Below, piece after piece: positions 1-10,419 of a DNA stretch of 52,467 nt. The DNA comes from a virus (Duplodnaviria; Caudoviricetes), in IMG/VR virus record IMGVR_UViG_3300022746_000027, positions 1 through 52,467 of that record; one strand, given 5' to 3'. A program made the position numbers and the translations under genes. Position 1 is the stretch's first letter. The number at the start of each line of letters is the position of its first letter. The notes beneath the pieces are model-generated. The model was not told the DNA's origin. It saw only the letters and a list, made by a program, of their open reading frames with translations, and did no database searches.

Positions 1-1
1 T

Positions 2-1108
2 CAGTTAGTTTGGAGTAATGGAGGTGAGATTGGATGGATTGGAAGCGGTTATGTATCGAATAAGAGTGGAAAAATCACTCAAGCTACTTTAGGCATTTCG
101 GACTGGAACACATCAACATCACTAAAGATTATTCCATACGATTCAAACCTGAATAGAATTGGAACATCTGTCGCAACATTCACATCATCTCAGGGATCTG
201 GTATAGTTACAGCGCAATTTGATACTCCATTTGATGTCATAAAGGGTCAGACGTATTATCTTGGAATTGCGCCAAACGGATATATCAGTCTGTTGGGCGA
301 CGCATCAAATTCAATTGGATTCGGTAGAATGACTAGCGCAACCGGATACAACTCTCCACCTTCAACTTTAACTAGCGCAGGCGGAGGCAGCATCTATGAA
401 CCAACAAACTTCTTGTCTGGCTATCCAATTCCTGCTGCCATGAGAATGTATGCAAACAGTGCTGTTAAGGTGACAAATATAGTTGAAGCTCCATCAATTA
501 CATCGACATTCAACTTCGATGAGACTGATGGAACTAAACTTCAGGATATAAATCCAGCATTTTATGTATCAGCGGGTACAATGCAGACTTTGACTGGTAA
601 TCTAGTGTCTGTTGGAACTGGCGGCAACACTAAAATGGTGTATAGAAAGGGATTCGGAGCAAACCAGGCATCACAAGTAACTAAGCCGAATTCTAATAAT
701 AGATCTTTTTGGGTCAGTGTGCATTCTAACACAACAACAAATGACGATGGATATTCTCTTTATATCAGAACTTATCCAAATGCAGAGTTATATCGAGAAG
801 GATCATGGATCGCTGGTCCATATACACTCTCAGCAAACGCTGTTGAAAATACAGTCACAGCTAAAATCGAATCTGTGTTGCAGGCCAATGGATCGTTGAT
901 TATAAACTCATATTACAATGGATCTTCGATAGGATCTTACACGGATAATTATCCATTGCAGGTTGGAAAACCTGCATTTTGGTGCAGTACAAATGCAGGA
1001 AACGTTTCGAGTGATATTATTAGTCAATTCGTGGCTGTCGGTGAAGCGCCAAAGCAGCAGTTATATGCAAATGGAACATTTGTCGTTGGTGAGTACATAG
1101 AGAACTAA
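2..1108 (+). CDS. Virion structural/fibre-associated protein, 5'-truncated (frame appears open from the window edge)
   Basis: The frame of ORF 293..1108 reads without a stop upstream toward position 2; S/T/G/N-rich beta-type composition; lies in the fibre cluster. Confidence 0.6.
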   Translation, partial: QLVWSNGGEIGWIGSGYVSNKSGKITQATLGISDWNTSTSLKIIPYDSNLNRIGTSVATFTSSQGSGIVTAQFDTPFDVIKGQTYYLGIAPNGYISLLGDASNSIGFGRMTSATGYNSPPSTLTSAGGGSIYEPTNFLSGYPIPAAMRMYANSAVKVTNIVEAPSITSTFNFDETDGTKLQDINPAFYVSAGTMQTLTGNLVSVGTGGNTKMVYRKGFGANQASQVTKPNSNNRSFWVSVHSNTTTNDDGYSLYIRTYPNAELYREGSWIAGPYTLSANAVENTVTAKIESVLQANGSLIINSYYNGSSIGSYTDNYPLQVGKPAFWCSTNAGNVSSDIISQFVAVGEAPKQQLYANGTFVVGEYIEN

Positions 1109-1111
1109 ATA
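1105..1111 (+). promoter_or_regulatory. Late (gp55-type) promoter CTAAATA
   Basis: Variant of the T4 late promoter TATAAATA, 22 nt before the next ATG; the same motif recurs before other structural genes. Confidence 0.6.
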
Positions 1112-1132
1112 GAGTATCATCGAGGATCAATA

Positions 1133-2272
1133 ATGGCACAGTTGCTCTCTACTATAATCACAGGTACTCTAAACGTATCTTCGAATGTTGCAGTTACAGG
1201 CAACATGAATGTCGCGTCGCAGGCTAACGTAGCTTCTCTGAGTATAGCTGGATATGGTCAAGTAATCAGTTCAGCTGGTGCTTGGACTGGAACTGGCGGA
1301 GGTGCTCAAGGTACTCAAGGTATTCAAGGTCTGACTGGAACTGGTTCTCAAGGAACTCAAGGTCTGACTGGAACTGGAACTCAAGGAACTCAAGGTCTGA
1401 CTGGAACTGGTTCTCAAGGAACTCAAGGTATACAAGGACTTCAAGGTCTGACTGGAACTGGTTCTCAAGGATCAACTGGTACTACTGGGTCTCAAGGAAC
1501 TCAAGGTATCCAGGGACTTCAAGGAACTCAAGGTATCCAGGGACTTCAAGGAACTCAAGGTATCCAGGGACTTCAAGGAACCCAGGGACTTCAAGGAACC
1601 CAAGGAACCCAGGGACTTCAGGGTACCATAGGAACACCAGTATCTGCGACAACAAACCAAATCATATACTATAATGGTACATTAGCGGCTGGTTCTCCCG
1701 ATATCACATACAATGTAGCGTCCAATACGACAACTATAGTCGGTAAACTGATTGCAAATAACTCAGCTAATGTCGCAGAACATGCTATAGGATTCTACTC
1801 TGCTCAGTTCAATGCTAATGCAAACTCATTCTGGCAAATATCTGTGCAGAACCAGAACACTGGAGCTAACGCATCATCTGATCTTGTTGCTCATGCCAAT
1901 GATGGCACCGATGCATCGTATTTCATAGATATGGGCATAAATAATACTGGATATAATGATCCTGCGTATTCTATTATGAAGCCGCATGATGCATATGTAT
2001 TCAATACAGGCGGAAATCTGATAATAGGTACTGCGACAGGTGGTGTAGCCAATGACGTTGTATTCATTGCTAATGGAACGACATCTGGACAAGAGACTGC
2101 CAGATTCTTTGGAGCGAATGGAACTCTTAGAATATCTAAGCAACTTATTCTCACAGATAATGTCGCGTTCAGCAGAAGTGGTACTACGTTAGGAAACATG
2201 CCTCAGATTACTGTAGGAACTACTGCTCACGCATCGCCTAGAGTTGGCGATCTTTGGGTTGATACAAACTAA
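1133..2272 (+). CDS. Collagen-like (Gly-X-Gln) tail/virion fibre protein
   Basis: About 100 aa of QGTQGIQGLQG triplets followed by a beta-rich C-terminal region ending GDLWVDTN. Confidence 0.75.
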   Translation: MAQLLSTIITGTLNVSSNVAVTGNMNVASQANVASLSIAGYGQVISSAGAWTGTGGGAQGTQGIQGLTGTGSQGTQGLTGTGTQGTQGLTGTGSQGTQGIQGLQGLTGTGSQGSTGTTGSQGTQGIQGLQGTQGIQGLQGTQGIQGLQGTQGLQGTQGTQGLQGTIGTPVSATTNQIIYYNGTLAAGSPDITYNVASNTTTIVGKLIANNSANVAEHAIGFYSAQFNANANSFWQISVQNQNTGANASSDLVAHANDGTDASYFIDMGINNTGYNDPAYSIMKPHDAYVFNTGGNLIIGTATGGVANDVVFIANGTTSGQETARFFGANGTLRISKQLILTDNVAFSRSGTTLGNMPQITVGTTAHASPRVGDLWVDTN

Positions 2273-2284
2273 TAGGATAGTAAA

Positions 2285-2668
2285 ATGCATTACGCAGTCT
2301 ATGAAATTGAGAGTAAAAATCTAGTCAGTATAGATCAAACTGAACCAATTGGTTTGGATCCAGTATACTCTTACGTTCAGGTGGAAAGTTACCTAGGAAC
2401 ATGGGATCCACAGACACTATCATTTATTCCAATTCCACCTAAGCAAAGAGCAATTGATAGAAAGGAATTCATAGAAAGATTAACGCCTGAAGAATGGGTA
2501 AATCTGTGCATAGCGAAAATAAATGATCCAGTTGTAACAGCAATTTTCGAGAGATTGTACATGATGGACGAAGTGTATCCAGACTCAGACTTCACCCAAG
2601 TCATGGCAACACATATAGTTGCTCAAGGATATCTAACTCAAGAAAGAATGAATGAGGTATTATCATAA
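2285..2668 (+). CDS. Hypothetical protein, possibly a fibre assembly chaperone
   Basis: Small acidic protein directly after a fibre gene; AGGA upstream. Confidence 0.5.
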   Translation: MHYAVYEIESKNLVSIDQTEPIGLDPVYSYVQVESYLGTWDPQTLSFIPIPPKQRAIDRKEFIERLTPEEWVNLCIAKINDPVVTAIFERLYMMDEVYPDSDFTQVMATHIVAQGYLTQERMNEVLS

Positions 2669-3504
2669 TGCTATTCTCATCGGTATCAAGTGAATTCAAT
2701 TGGTGGGTAACTAACAATAGCACACCATCAGTGAATATGGGAACAGCAATAACTCCCGGCACTGCTCCTGCATGGGGAACATGGACTCAATTGATTCCTT
2801 CGACTAGCGTAACTGAAGATGTTTATGGTGTTCTGATTTGTATAAACTCATTCTCAACATCTGCTACAGTTAGAAATGTTCTAATTGATATAGGAGCAGA
2901 TAACTCTGGTGGCGGAACGTACAGAACTCTTATTCCATATCTAATGGGTGGACACGCATCTAACTACGATCTAGGTGGAATATGGTATTATTTCCCTCTA
3001 TTCATATCTAAGGGTCAAGCTATTGGCGCCAGAGCAATGGGCAACGCTATTAGTGCTGGACGTATATTGATTACGCTATTCGGTCAGCCAAAGAATCCCG
3101 ACTCAGTAAAAGTTGGAACTAAAGTATTCTCGTTTGGAGAAACTACATCGACTGCTACTGGCACCGCATATACACTAAGCACATCTTTGGGAGCAAATAC
3201 TCAAGTTGGTTCTGCGACAACTATGCCTTTGTGGTGGTGGCAGTGTGGCTACACTTCAATCGATTCAACAATAACTCCTCAGAAATGTATACACTTGAAT
3301 GTTTTGGGCGGCGATGCTACAAATAAGAAGTATCTACTACAGAATGTGCCTATAGTAGCAACTACAGTTGAACAGATAATGCTTATTCCATATTTGAATG
3401 GATATAATACTTTGGCATCAGGTCAAAACGTTTATATGTCCGCTCACTCTTTGGGTGCAGCAGATACTTCGCCATCTGTTATGTGTTGGGGTTTAGGCGG
3501 ATAA
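2668..3504 (+). CDS. Hypothetical virion protein with two related beta domains
   Basis: TAATG overlap with the upstream stop; internally similar halves (GTAITPGT..WTQL / GTAYTLST..NTQV). Confidence 0.6.
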   Translation: MLFSSVSSEFNWWVTNNSTPSVNMGTAITPGTAPAWGTWTQLIPSTSVTEDVYGVLICINSFSTSATVRNVLIDIGADNSGGGTYRTLIPYLMGGHASNYDLGGIWYYFPLFISKGQAIGARAMGNAISAGRILITLFGQPKNPDSVKVGTKVFSFGETTSTATGTAYTLSTSLGANTQVGSATTMPLWWWQCGYTSIDSTITPQKCIHLNVLGGDATNKKYLLQNVPIVATTVEQIMLIPYLNGYNTLASGQNVYMSAHSLGAADTSPSVMCWGLGG

Positions 3505-3516
3505 TCGGAGAAATAA

Positions 3517-3864
3517 ATGGCAATCGCTGAATATAAGACAGGATCTGGCGTCACAATATCTACTACAGAATATTCTCTGGTTACTCCAGGAACTACATTA
3601 GCAACTGACGCTACAGATGGAGTATATCAAGTATTCATAAATCCTACTGCAATGGCAGCGGGTGACGAATATCTTTTCCAAGTAAAAGAAAAGGTAGCAA
3701 CTACTTCATCTCAAGCTACAGTATATTCTCTGACATTAGAAGGTGCACAATCATATCCTCTTGCATTTCCAAGTCTAATATTGATGCACGGATGGGATGT
3801 CACCGTAAAGAAAATAGCTGGCACAGATAGAGCATTTGACTGGTCTATCCGTAAGGTAGCATAA
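3517..3864 (+). CDS. Hypothetical virion protein
   Basis: GGAG RBS; 115 aa beta-rich. Confidence 0.6.
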   Translation: MAIAEYKTGSGVTISTTEYSLVTPGTTLATDATDGVYQVFINPTAMAAGDEYLFQVKEKVATTSSQATVYSLTLEGAQSYPLAFPSLILMHGWDVTVKKIAGTDRAFDWSIRKVA

Positions 3865-4058
3865 TGTCCTGGACATTTCAGCCTCTCCTACCAGCATCCG
3901 CTGATTTATTAGCCGCCGCTGGAAGTACAGGACAAATCAAAGTGTGGAACGGATCCCAATGGATAGCTAAGCCAGTAAAATATTGGAATGGATCAGCTTG
4001 GACAGTAAAACCTGTGAAATATTGGAATGGTTCTCAATGGACCATAACACCATATTGA
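3864..4058 (+). CDS. Small virion protein with three (V/I)K(Y/V)WNGSxW repeats
   Basis: Translationally coupled (TAATG); repeats visible in the translation. Confidence 0.6.
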   Translation: MSWTFQPLLPASADLLAAAGSTGQIKVWNGSQWIAKPVKYWNGSAWTVKPVKYWNGSQWTITPY

Positions 4059-4068
4059 GTAGATTCTA

Positions 4069-5190
4069 ATGGCAGATTTTCCTACTAATCCAACTATAGG
4101 TCAGACGTTTACTGCAACAGATGGTACACTATGGACTTGGGATGGATATTCTTGGATAGCTTCGGGTGGATACGGATCTACTGGAGGTGGTGGAGCGACT
4201 CCATTCACAGTTCCCAATAACGTCGGTCTAACTTATGCTAGTGATGTATTGAGTACATCATATAATACAACTATGTCTGATAGTGTAAATAGTGTAGTTG
4301 TAGGTGGAGCAAGTGCATTACCAGCATCTACATGGAAGACGAAGAATCTCGTCCAGGTACTAGATACGATTTTATTTCCAGATCAGTATCCAACGTACAC
4401 TATACCCACACTAAGTTTCAGCGGCTCGCAATCTGGCACTAAGGAAATTGGACAGACTATTTCACAGGTCACAAGTTCTACTGGTACAGAGAATGATGCT
4501 GGCGTATTCAACTCAATCGCTATTAGAAGAAACAGTTCTAACATCAGCGTGAGTGGATCTCTAACTGCTGTTAGCACGACTGATATTGCTGCTCAGTATG
4601 GATACACAGATCCAAATAATCCAAATTACACATACACATATGGATATACTGATTCTTTCACTGTAGTATCTGGAACTACAACGTGGAATAGCTTTGCAAA
4701 TTATAGCGCAGGTTTAGCCAAGAATAATAACAAGGGTGTAAGTGATGATAGAGCGTTTGCGATTAGATCTACTTCTGCTCCTCAGTCTGCTTGTACATCG
4801 TTCACTTCTTCGTCGGTTTCTGTAACTGGAATCTATCCATACTTTTGGGGTAAGTCTAGTACGCAGCCAACGGCATCTTCAATCGCGTCGTCTATAGCTG
4901 CTGGAACAGCTAATAAGGTTCTATCAGACTCTACTGGAACTATTACAGTTACATATAATGCAGCATCAGAATATATTTGGGTCGCTCATGTTGCAACAAG
5001 TACATCTAAAACTGTCTGGTACAATACTGCTCTAAATACAGGGAGCATTGGTGCAGGACAGTTTATTCTTGCGCCAGTAACTCAAAATGTAAACTCTCCA
5101 GACTCGTACTGGTCAGCAGTTTCATTCAAGGTCTACATTAGCGGATATGCTTCGTCTACAAGTGGATCGATTGAGTTCCGTAATAGCTAA
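4069..5190 (+). CDS. Virion structural/fibre-associated protein
   Basis: N-terminal FPTNPTIGQTF..WTWDGYSW motif typical of T4-like fibre proteins; S/T-rich. Confidence 0.65.
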   Translation: MADFPTNPTIGQTFTATDGTLWTWDGYSWIASGGYGSTGGGGATPFTVPNNVGLTYASDVLSTSYNTTMSDSVNSVVVGGASALPASTWKTKNLVQVLDTILFPDQYPTYTIPTLSFSGSQSGTKEIGQTISQVTSSTGTENDAGVFNSIAIRRNSSNISVSGSLTAVSTTDIAAQYGYTDPNNPNYTYTYGYTDSFTVVSGTTTWNSFANYSAGLAKNNNKGVSDDRAFAIRSTSAPQSACTSFTSSSVSVTGIYPYFWGKSSTQPTASSIASSIAAGTANKVLSDSTGTITVTYNAASEYIWVAHVATSTSKTVWYNTALNTGSIGAGQFILAPVTQNVNSPDSYWSAVSFKVYISGYASSTSGSIEFRNS

Positions 5191-5200
5191 GAGATAATAG

Positions 5201-8098
5201 ATGTCAATTCTACTGAACGATAATCTGAATATTAGTGCACCGAAACCAACTGATAATAGATTTGGTCCATATGCAGATCTAGCATCTGCATTAGCTTCAG
5301 TTCCATCTGGAATAAGATATGTTGGTCTTACTGTAGGCATACTAACAGGTGCAGTAGTAGAAGAATATTGGTTCAATGATGGTATTCTCGATACAGACCT
5401 CATCATCAAATCTGGTACACAGGGTGTTACAGGTTCTCAAGGAACTCAAGGTATCCAGGGACTACAAGGTTCCCAAGGTACTCAAGGTATACAAGGTATT
5501 CAGGGCATTAGTGTGCAGGGTATCCAGGGACTACAAGGTTCCCAAGGTACTCAGGGTGTACAAGGCAGACAAGGTACTCAAGGAGCTATAGGCACAGGAC
5601 TACAGATCAAAGGCACTGTATCAACATCGAGTGCTTTACCTGGTTCTGGAAATACTAATGGCGACGGATACATTACTACTGACACAGGTCACTTATGGAC
5701 TTGGAACGGATCTTCGTGGACAGACGCGGGTAATGTAACGGGTCCTCAAGGAACTCAAGGACTTCAAGGTCTTACTGGAACTGGCACTCAAGGCACTCAA
5801 GGAACTCAAGGTATCCAAGGCACTCAAGGTCTTACCGGATCTGGCACTCAAGGAACTCAAGGAACTCAAGGACTTCAAGGTCTTACTGGAACTGGCACTC
5901 AAGGAACTCAAGGTATCCAAGGTCTTACTGGATCTGGTTCTCAGGGAACTCAAGGTATCCAAGGCACTCAAGGTCTTACCGGATCTGGCACTCAAGGAAC
6001 TCAAGGAACTCAAGGACTTCAAGGTCTTACTGGATCTGGTTCTCAGGGAACTCAAGGTATCCAAGGCACTCAAGGTATCCAAGGTCTTACCGGATCTGGT
6101 GCACAAGGTATTCAAGGTATACAAGGCACTCAAGGTATTCAGGGTAGAGATGGCACTGCTGTCGCTCAAGGTTCTCAGGGAACTCAAGGTATTATAGGAT
6201 CACAAGGTCCAGGTGGTCTTGCTCAGTGGGCTAGAAAAACCGCTAATTATACAACAAGCACAAATGAACGCATTATAGCAGACACAACTGGTGGTACATT
6301 TACGATTACCTTACCAGCGACGCCTGTATTAGGTAATTACGTTGTAATTTCTGATGGTGGTAACTGGACGATAAACAACTTGATTGTAGCAAGAAATGCG
6401 TCCACTATAGAAGGTAGTGCGTCAGATCTTACTGTTGATGTTGGTGGTATTACATTAGAATTCATTTATGATGGTACTACTTGGCAAGTGACTGCTACTA
6501 CTGGTCAAAGAGGTATTCAAGGCTCACAAGGTACTCAAGGTCTCACTGGATCTGGTGCTCAAGGCACTCAAGGACTTCAAGGTCTGACTGGTATTCAGGG
6601 ATCACAAGGCACTCAAGGTCTCACTGGATCTGGTTCTCAGGGAACTCAAGGCATACAAGGGCTTCAAGGTCTGACTGGTATCCAGGGTACTCAAGGCACT
6701 CAAGGACTTCAAGGTCTAACTGGCATTCAAGGCTCACAAGGTACTCAAGGACTTCAAGGTCTTACTGGAAGTGGTGCTCAAGGTTCTCAGGGTATCCAAG
6801 GAAATCAAGGCACTCAAGGTCTAAGTGGATCATTTGCTGGTCAAGGTATTCAAGGAACTCAGGGTATTATAGGATCACAAGGTCCTGGTGGTCTTGCTCA
6901 ATGGGCTAGAAAAACCGCTAATTATACAGCAATATCTAATGAGCGTATTATAGCAGACACAACTGGTGGTACATTTACAATCACTCTTCCTGCATCACCA
7001 GTATTAGGTAATTACCTAATCATTTCAGACGGTGGTAACTGGACGATAAACAACCTGATTGTAGCAAGAAATTCGTCTACTATAGAAGGTAGTGCATCAG
7101 ATTTGACTGTTGATGTTGGTGGAATCACACTAGAGTTTATATTCGATGGTACCACTTGGCAAGTGACTGCTACTACTGGTCAAAGAGGCATTCAAGGTCT
7201 GACTGGTATTCAAGGAACTCAGGGACTTCAAGGTCTCACTGGATCTGGTTCTCAAGGTGCTCAAGGTCTGACTGGTATTCAAGGATCACAAGGCACTCAA
7301 GGTCTTACTGGATCTGGTGCTCAAGGTACTCAAGGTATTCAGGGACTTCAAGGAACTCAGGGACTTCAAGGTCTTACTGGATCTGGTGCTCAAGGTGCTC
7401 AAGGACTTCAAGGTACCCAAGGGCTTCAAGGTCTCACTGGATCTGGTGCTCAAGGTGCTCAAGGACTTCAAGGTACCCAAGGGCTTCAAGGTCTCACTGG
7501 ATCTGGTGCACAGGGTTCTCAGGGTATACAAGGACTACAAGGTTCGCAGGGTACTCAAGGAACTCAAGGTATACAGGGACTTCAAGGTACCCAAGGGCTT
7601 CAAGGTCTGACTGGCACTCAAGGTACAGCAGCTTCAGCTACAACTCTAACAGCAACAACAACATCAACTGGTCCATACTATCTAACTGGTGTGGGTGCAA
7701 TAGGATCAGTGCAATCACCAGTAGCTAATGCAAGCGTTTATATAACTGGTAATTCAATCTTCAGTTATGGAGCAACTCTATCTGGTTCTTTATTTGAGAC
7801 TAAACAAGCACTTTCCTCAGATGTCATTGATCTAAAAACTGGAAACTATTTCTCTAAAACCATAAGTGCCACAACAGCATTTACAGTAACAAATACTCCA
7901 TCATCGGGTACAGTAGCATCATTAGTATTGGATCTTACAAATGGTGGAGCATTTACAACAACATTTTGGACAGGTATGAAATGGGCAGGAGGAACTGCAC
8001 CCACTCTAACTGCATCGGGTAGAGATGTTCTAGGATTCTTTACACATGATGGCGGAACAACTTGGACTGGACTACTATTAGGCAAGGACGTCAAGTAA
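5201..8098 (+). CDS. Long collagen-like tail/virion fibre protein (965 aa)
   Basis: Several Gly-X-Gln triplet blocks separated by globular domains, two of which are near-identical. Confidence 0.8.
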   Translation: MSILLNDNLNISAPKPTDNRFGPYADLASALASVPSGIRYVGLTVGILTGAVVEEYWFNDGILDTDLIIKSGTQGVTGSQGTQGIQGLQGSQGTQGIQGIQGISVQGIQGLQGSQGTQGVQGRQGTQGAIGTGLQIKGTVSTSSALPGSGNTNGDGYITTDTGHLWTWNGSSWTDAGNVTGPQGTQGLQGLTGTGTQGTQGTQGIQGTQGLTGSGTQGTQGTQGLQGLTGTGTQGTQGIQGLTGSGSQGTQGIQGTQGLTGSGTQGTQGTQGLQGLTGSGSQGTQGIQGTQGIQGLTGSGAQGIQGIQGTQGIQGRDGTAVAQGSQGTQGIIGSQGPGGLAQWARKTANYTTSTNERIIADTTGGTFTITLPATPVLGNYVVISDGGNWTINNLIVARNASTIEGSASDLTVDVGGITLEFIYDGTTWQVTATTGQRGIQGSQGTQGLTGSGAQGTQGLQGLTGIQGSQGTQGLTGSGSQGTQGIQGLQGLTGIQGTQGTQGLQGLTGIQGSQGTQGLQGLTGSGAQGSQGIQGNQGTQGLSGSFAGQGIQGTQGIIGSQGPGGLAQWARKTANYTAISNERIIADTTGGTFTITLPASPVLGNYLIISDGGNWTINNLIVARNSSTIEGSASDLTVDVGGITLEFIFDGTTWQVTATTGQRGIQGLTGIQGTQGLQGLTGSGSQGAQGLTGIQGSQGTQGLTGSGAQGTQGIQGLQGTQGLQGLTGSGAQGAQGLQGTQGLQGLTGSGAQGAQGLQGTQGLQGLTGSGAQGSQGIQGLQGSQGTQGTQGIQGLQGTQGLQGLTGTQGTAASATTLTATTTSTGPYYLTGVGAIGSVQSPVANASVYITGNSIFSYGATLSGSLFETKQALSSDVIDLKTGNYFSKTISATTAFTVTNTPSSGTVASLVLDLTNGGAFTTTFWTGMKWAGGTAPTLTASGRDVLGFFTHDGGTTWTGLLLGKDVK
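6188..7197 (+). repeat. Direct repeat of about 335 bp (6188-6522 and 6863-7197) encoding a duplicated fibre domain
   Basis: GGLAQWARKTANYT...GTTWQVTATTGQRGIQG occurs twice, offset 675 nt. Confidence 0.9.
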
Positions 8099-8099
8099 T

Positions 8100-9338
8100 A
8101 TGAGCGTTCGTGACATTGTAATGGCTGCTGCTGGAGCATCAACTAAACAAGGAATATTTCGAGTAGCGTCCAGTAGTACACAGAATAGTGCAGCGGGAAC
8201 TAGTATAGTAATTAATAAACCTTCAGGCGTTATAAAAGACGATCTTCTATTAGCATTTATTGTCACTGCAACGTCGGCTTCCGCAACCCTGCTTACTGGA
8301 TGGACTCTAATCAAAAGTACAGGAAATAATCCAGGCGTCCTGCTGGCCTATAAGTATGCTACAGATTCAGAGCCATCGACATATACATGGTCTCAAGGAA
8401 GTTCACAAACCTTATCGGGCTCTATAGTAGCATATAGAAATGCTGTGTTTGATGTTGCAGCATCATTGTTTACAAGTAGTGCTAATCCTCTAGTATCTAC
8501 GGCGATCACAGTCACCAGCAATAATAGTATTTTGATTGGATTTGCTGCTAGAACTGCGGCGAGCATATCAATAACAGAATCTGGATCTATGACTAATATC
8601 GTCACAGATAATGATGCTACTACACCATCATATGCAATATTCGAACAGGCGGTGAATTCAGGAACTACTGGAACTAGATCGTTCACTGTAGGATCAGCAA
8701 CTAATGTCTGTTCTATATTATTCTCATTGAGACCTATACTTTCTACGCCCACATACATAGGCAGTCAAACTACTCAGAATACTGTAGCTGGTGCTACTGT
8801 AGTGATAAATAAACCATCTGGTACAGCAGAAGGCGATCTTATGGTAGTCTTTTTGACCGCTGACGGTAACCAGACGTATACAGAACCTAGTCCTTGGGTG
8901 GAAGTATTAGATCCAAGTGGAAATCCACCCACAGTAATAGCATACTTAGTTGCCGGTGCGTCTGAGCCGTCCAGCTACACATTTACAGGAAATCAGAATA
9001 CTAAACTTCTAAGTGGTTCTATACTAACATTTAGAGGAGCTGCATACGATACTGTAGGCGTTTCTACTAACGGATCGTCTAGTCCAATTTCTCCAGCTGG
9101 AATTACAGTATCTACGGATGGATCAAGATTAATAGGATTTTGTGTTGTCGCTACAGCCTCAATCACTATGACTGAAAGTAACTCTTTGATGAGCGCACTT
9201 GTAGTGGAAAATGATTCAACAAAATCATCGTATGCAATTTTCGATCAGATAGTTGCTTCTGGTGCGACTGGAACAAGAACTTTTGTGGGAACTGGTAATT
9301 CCAATAGCGCAGTTCTAATTTCAATAAAACCAGCGTAA
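8100..9338 (+). CDS. Fibre-associated protein with two tandem ~200-aa domains (possible receptor binding)
   Basis: Halves share INKPSG..DL..F, A..SEPS.YT, LSGSI..(Y/F)R.A.(F/Y)D, SYAIF.Q.V.SG.TGTR.F. Confidence 0.65.
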   Translation: MSVRDIVMAAAGASTKQGIFRVASSSTQNSAAGTSIVINKPSGVIKDDLLLAFIVTATSASATLLTGWTLIKSTGNNPGVLLAYKYATDSEPSTYTWSQGSSQTLSGSIVAYRNAVFDVAASLFTSSANPLVSTAITVTSNNSILIGFAARTAASISITESGSMTNIVTDNDATTPSYAIFEQAVNSGTTGTRSFTVGSATNVCSILFSLRPILSTPTYIGSQTTQNTVAGATVVINKPSGTAEGDLMVVFLTADGNQTYTEPSPWVEVLDPSGNPPTVIAYLVAGASEPSSYTFTGNQNTKLLSGSILTFRGAAYDTVGVSTNGSSSPISPAGITVSTDGSRLIGFCVVATASITMTESNSLMSALVVENDSTKSSYAIFDQIVASGATGTRTFVGTGNSNSAVLISIKPA

Positions 9339-9348
9339 AGGATAAACA

Positions 9349-9903
9349 ATGTATGCTAAGATAGTCAACGGAGAAGTAGTAAAGTATCCATATACTCAAG
9401 CAGATTTAGTTGCACAATATCCAAATTCATGCGTTCCTGTTGTTTGGACAGATTCTTTTTGTGCAGAAGAGAACCTAGTGATAGTCGTACAAACAGGAGC
9501 TCCTGAACATAACAGTCTCATAGAGATAGCAGAGATAGTTGGCGCAGCTTATGATTCGGTAAATAACAGATGGGTTACCAATTGGTCAATTCGAAACAAA
9601 ACAGCAGAAGAACAGACTGAGTTTTTAGATAATTTGAAGAACGGAATCAGTGTCGCAACCCAAGATAGACTCGATTCATTTGCTAGAACTAGAGGTTATG
9701 ACGATATCAAGTCTGCCACAGGCTACGCAGGTTGCTCGATTGCTAAATACGATATAGAAGGTTCATACTGTAGAGATATTCGTGCCCAAACGTGGGATGC
9801 TCTGTTTCAGATTCTAGCAGATGCACTAGCAGGAAATAGAGCGATACCGACAAGTTACTATGATATCGAAGCAGAATTACCACAACTTGTTTGGCCAAGC
9901 TAA
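9349..9903 (+). CDS. Putative tail fibre assembly chaperone
   Basis: MYAKIVNGEVVKYPY start and RLDSFARTRGYDDIKSA..ELPQLVWP end, typical of Tfa-like proteins following fibres. Confidence 0.6.
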   Translation: MYAKIVNGEVVKYPYTQADLVAQYPNSCVPVVWTDSFCAEENLVIVVQTGAPEHNSLIEIAEIVGAAYDSVNNRWVTNWSIRNKTAEEQTEFLDNLKNGISVATQDRLDSFARTRGYDDIKSATGYAGCSIAKYDIEGSYCRDIRAQTWDALFQILADALAGNRAIPTSYYDIEAELPQLVWPS

Positions 9904-9906
9904 ATA
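9900..9906 (+). promoter_or_regulatory. Late promoter CTAAATA
   Basis: Motif directly upstream of ORF 9928. Confidence 0.55.
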
Positions 9907-9927
9907 ATATAAAACTGGAAAAGTATT

Positions 9928-10401
9928 ATGGCAACATTATCATCACTAATCAATTATTCTATCCAAGGTGTTCAGGGAGCTACTGGATCGCCTTGGGGCG
10001 GCGGAACGTTCACTGGCGACACAACTTACAACGGAAATGCAATAATTTCCCCGAAATTACAGGCAGCTAGAGAAGCTGTAACTGCTTTAGGCTCTCTGTC
10101 GGGAACTCTTTCGATTGATTGTAGCCTATCGAATATTTTTAGTGCTACTCTAACTGGTGCAATCACGACATTTACAGTTTCGAATGTGCCTGCGTCTGGC
10201 GCGTATTCATTTACTCTGGTACTCACGCAGGGTGGTGCTGGTGGATATCCATATAGTATGGTATATCCATCAGGAACTAAATGGACAGATAGTGTTGTTG
10301 CTGTACTAGGAAATGCTGTTAATAAAATTGATGTACTAACATTCTTTACTATAGATGGTGGAACTACTTGGCTAGCAGGTCACTCACTTGCTAACCTCTA
10401 A
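9928..10401 (+). CDS. Short fibre-tip-like protein, homologous to the C-terminus of 5201..8098
   Basis: Shared ID...N.FS.T...FTV.N.P.SG...KW...DVL.FFT.DGGTTW pattern. Confidence 0.65.
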   Translation: MATLSSLINYSIQGVQGATGSPWGGGTFTGDTTYNGNAIISPKLQAAREAVTALGSLSGTLSIDCSLSNIFSATLTGAITTFTVSNVPASGAYSFTLVLTQGGAGGYPYSMVYPSGTKWTDSVVAVLGNAVNKIDVLTFFTIDGGTTWLAGHSLANL

Positions 10402-10419
10402 AGGAGATTGGAGACAATT

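Noticed and set aside
1300-1625. Repeat tracts considered as a possible CRISPR array
   Set aside because: No constant repeat with unique spacers; in-frame Gly-X-Y coding repeats
6188-7197. Near-identical repeat pair considered as a DGR template/variable repeat
   Set aside because: Both copies are in frame in one gene, differences look mostly synonymous and not adenine-specific, and no reverse transcriptase is in the window
1266-7728. Ser/Arg- and Ser/Leu-rich alternative-frame and antisense ORFs (e.g. 1282..1674, 5693..6187, 7156..7728)
   Set aside because: Shadows of the collagen repeat DNA, which lacks stops in other frames; no RBS or promoter
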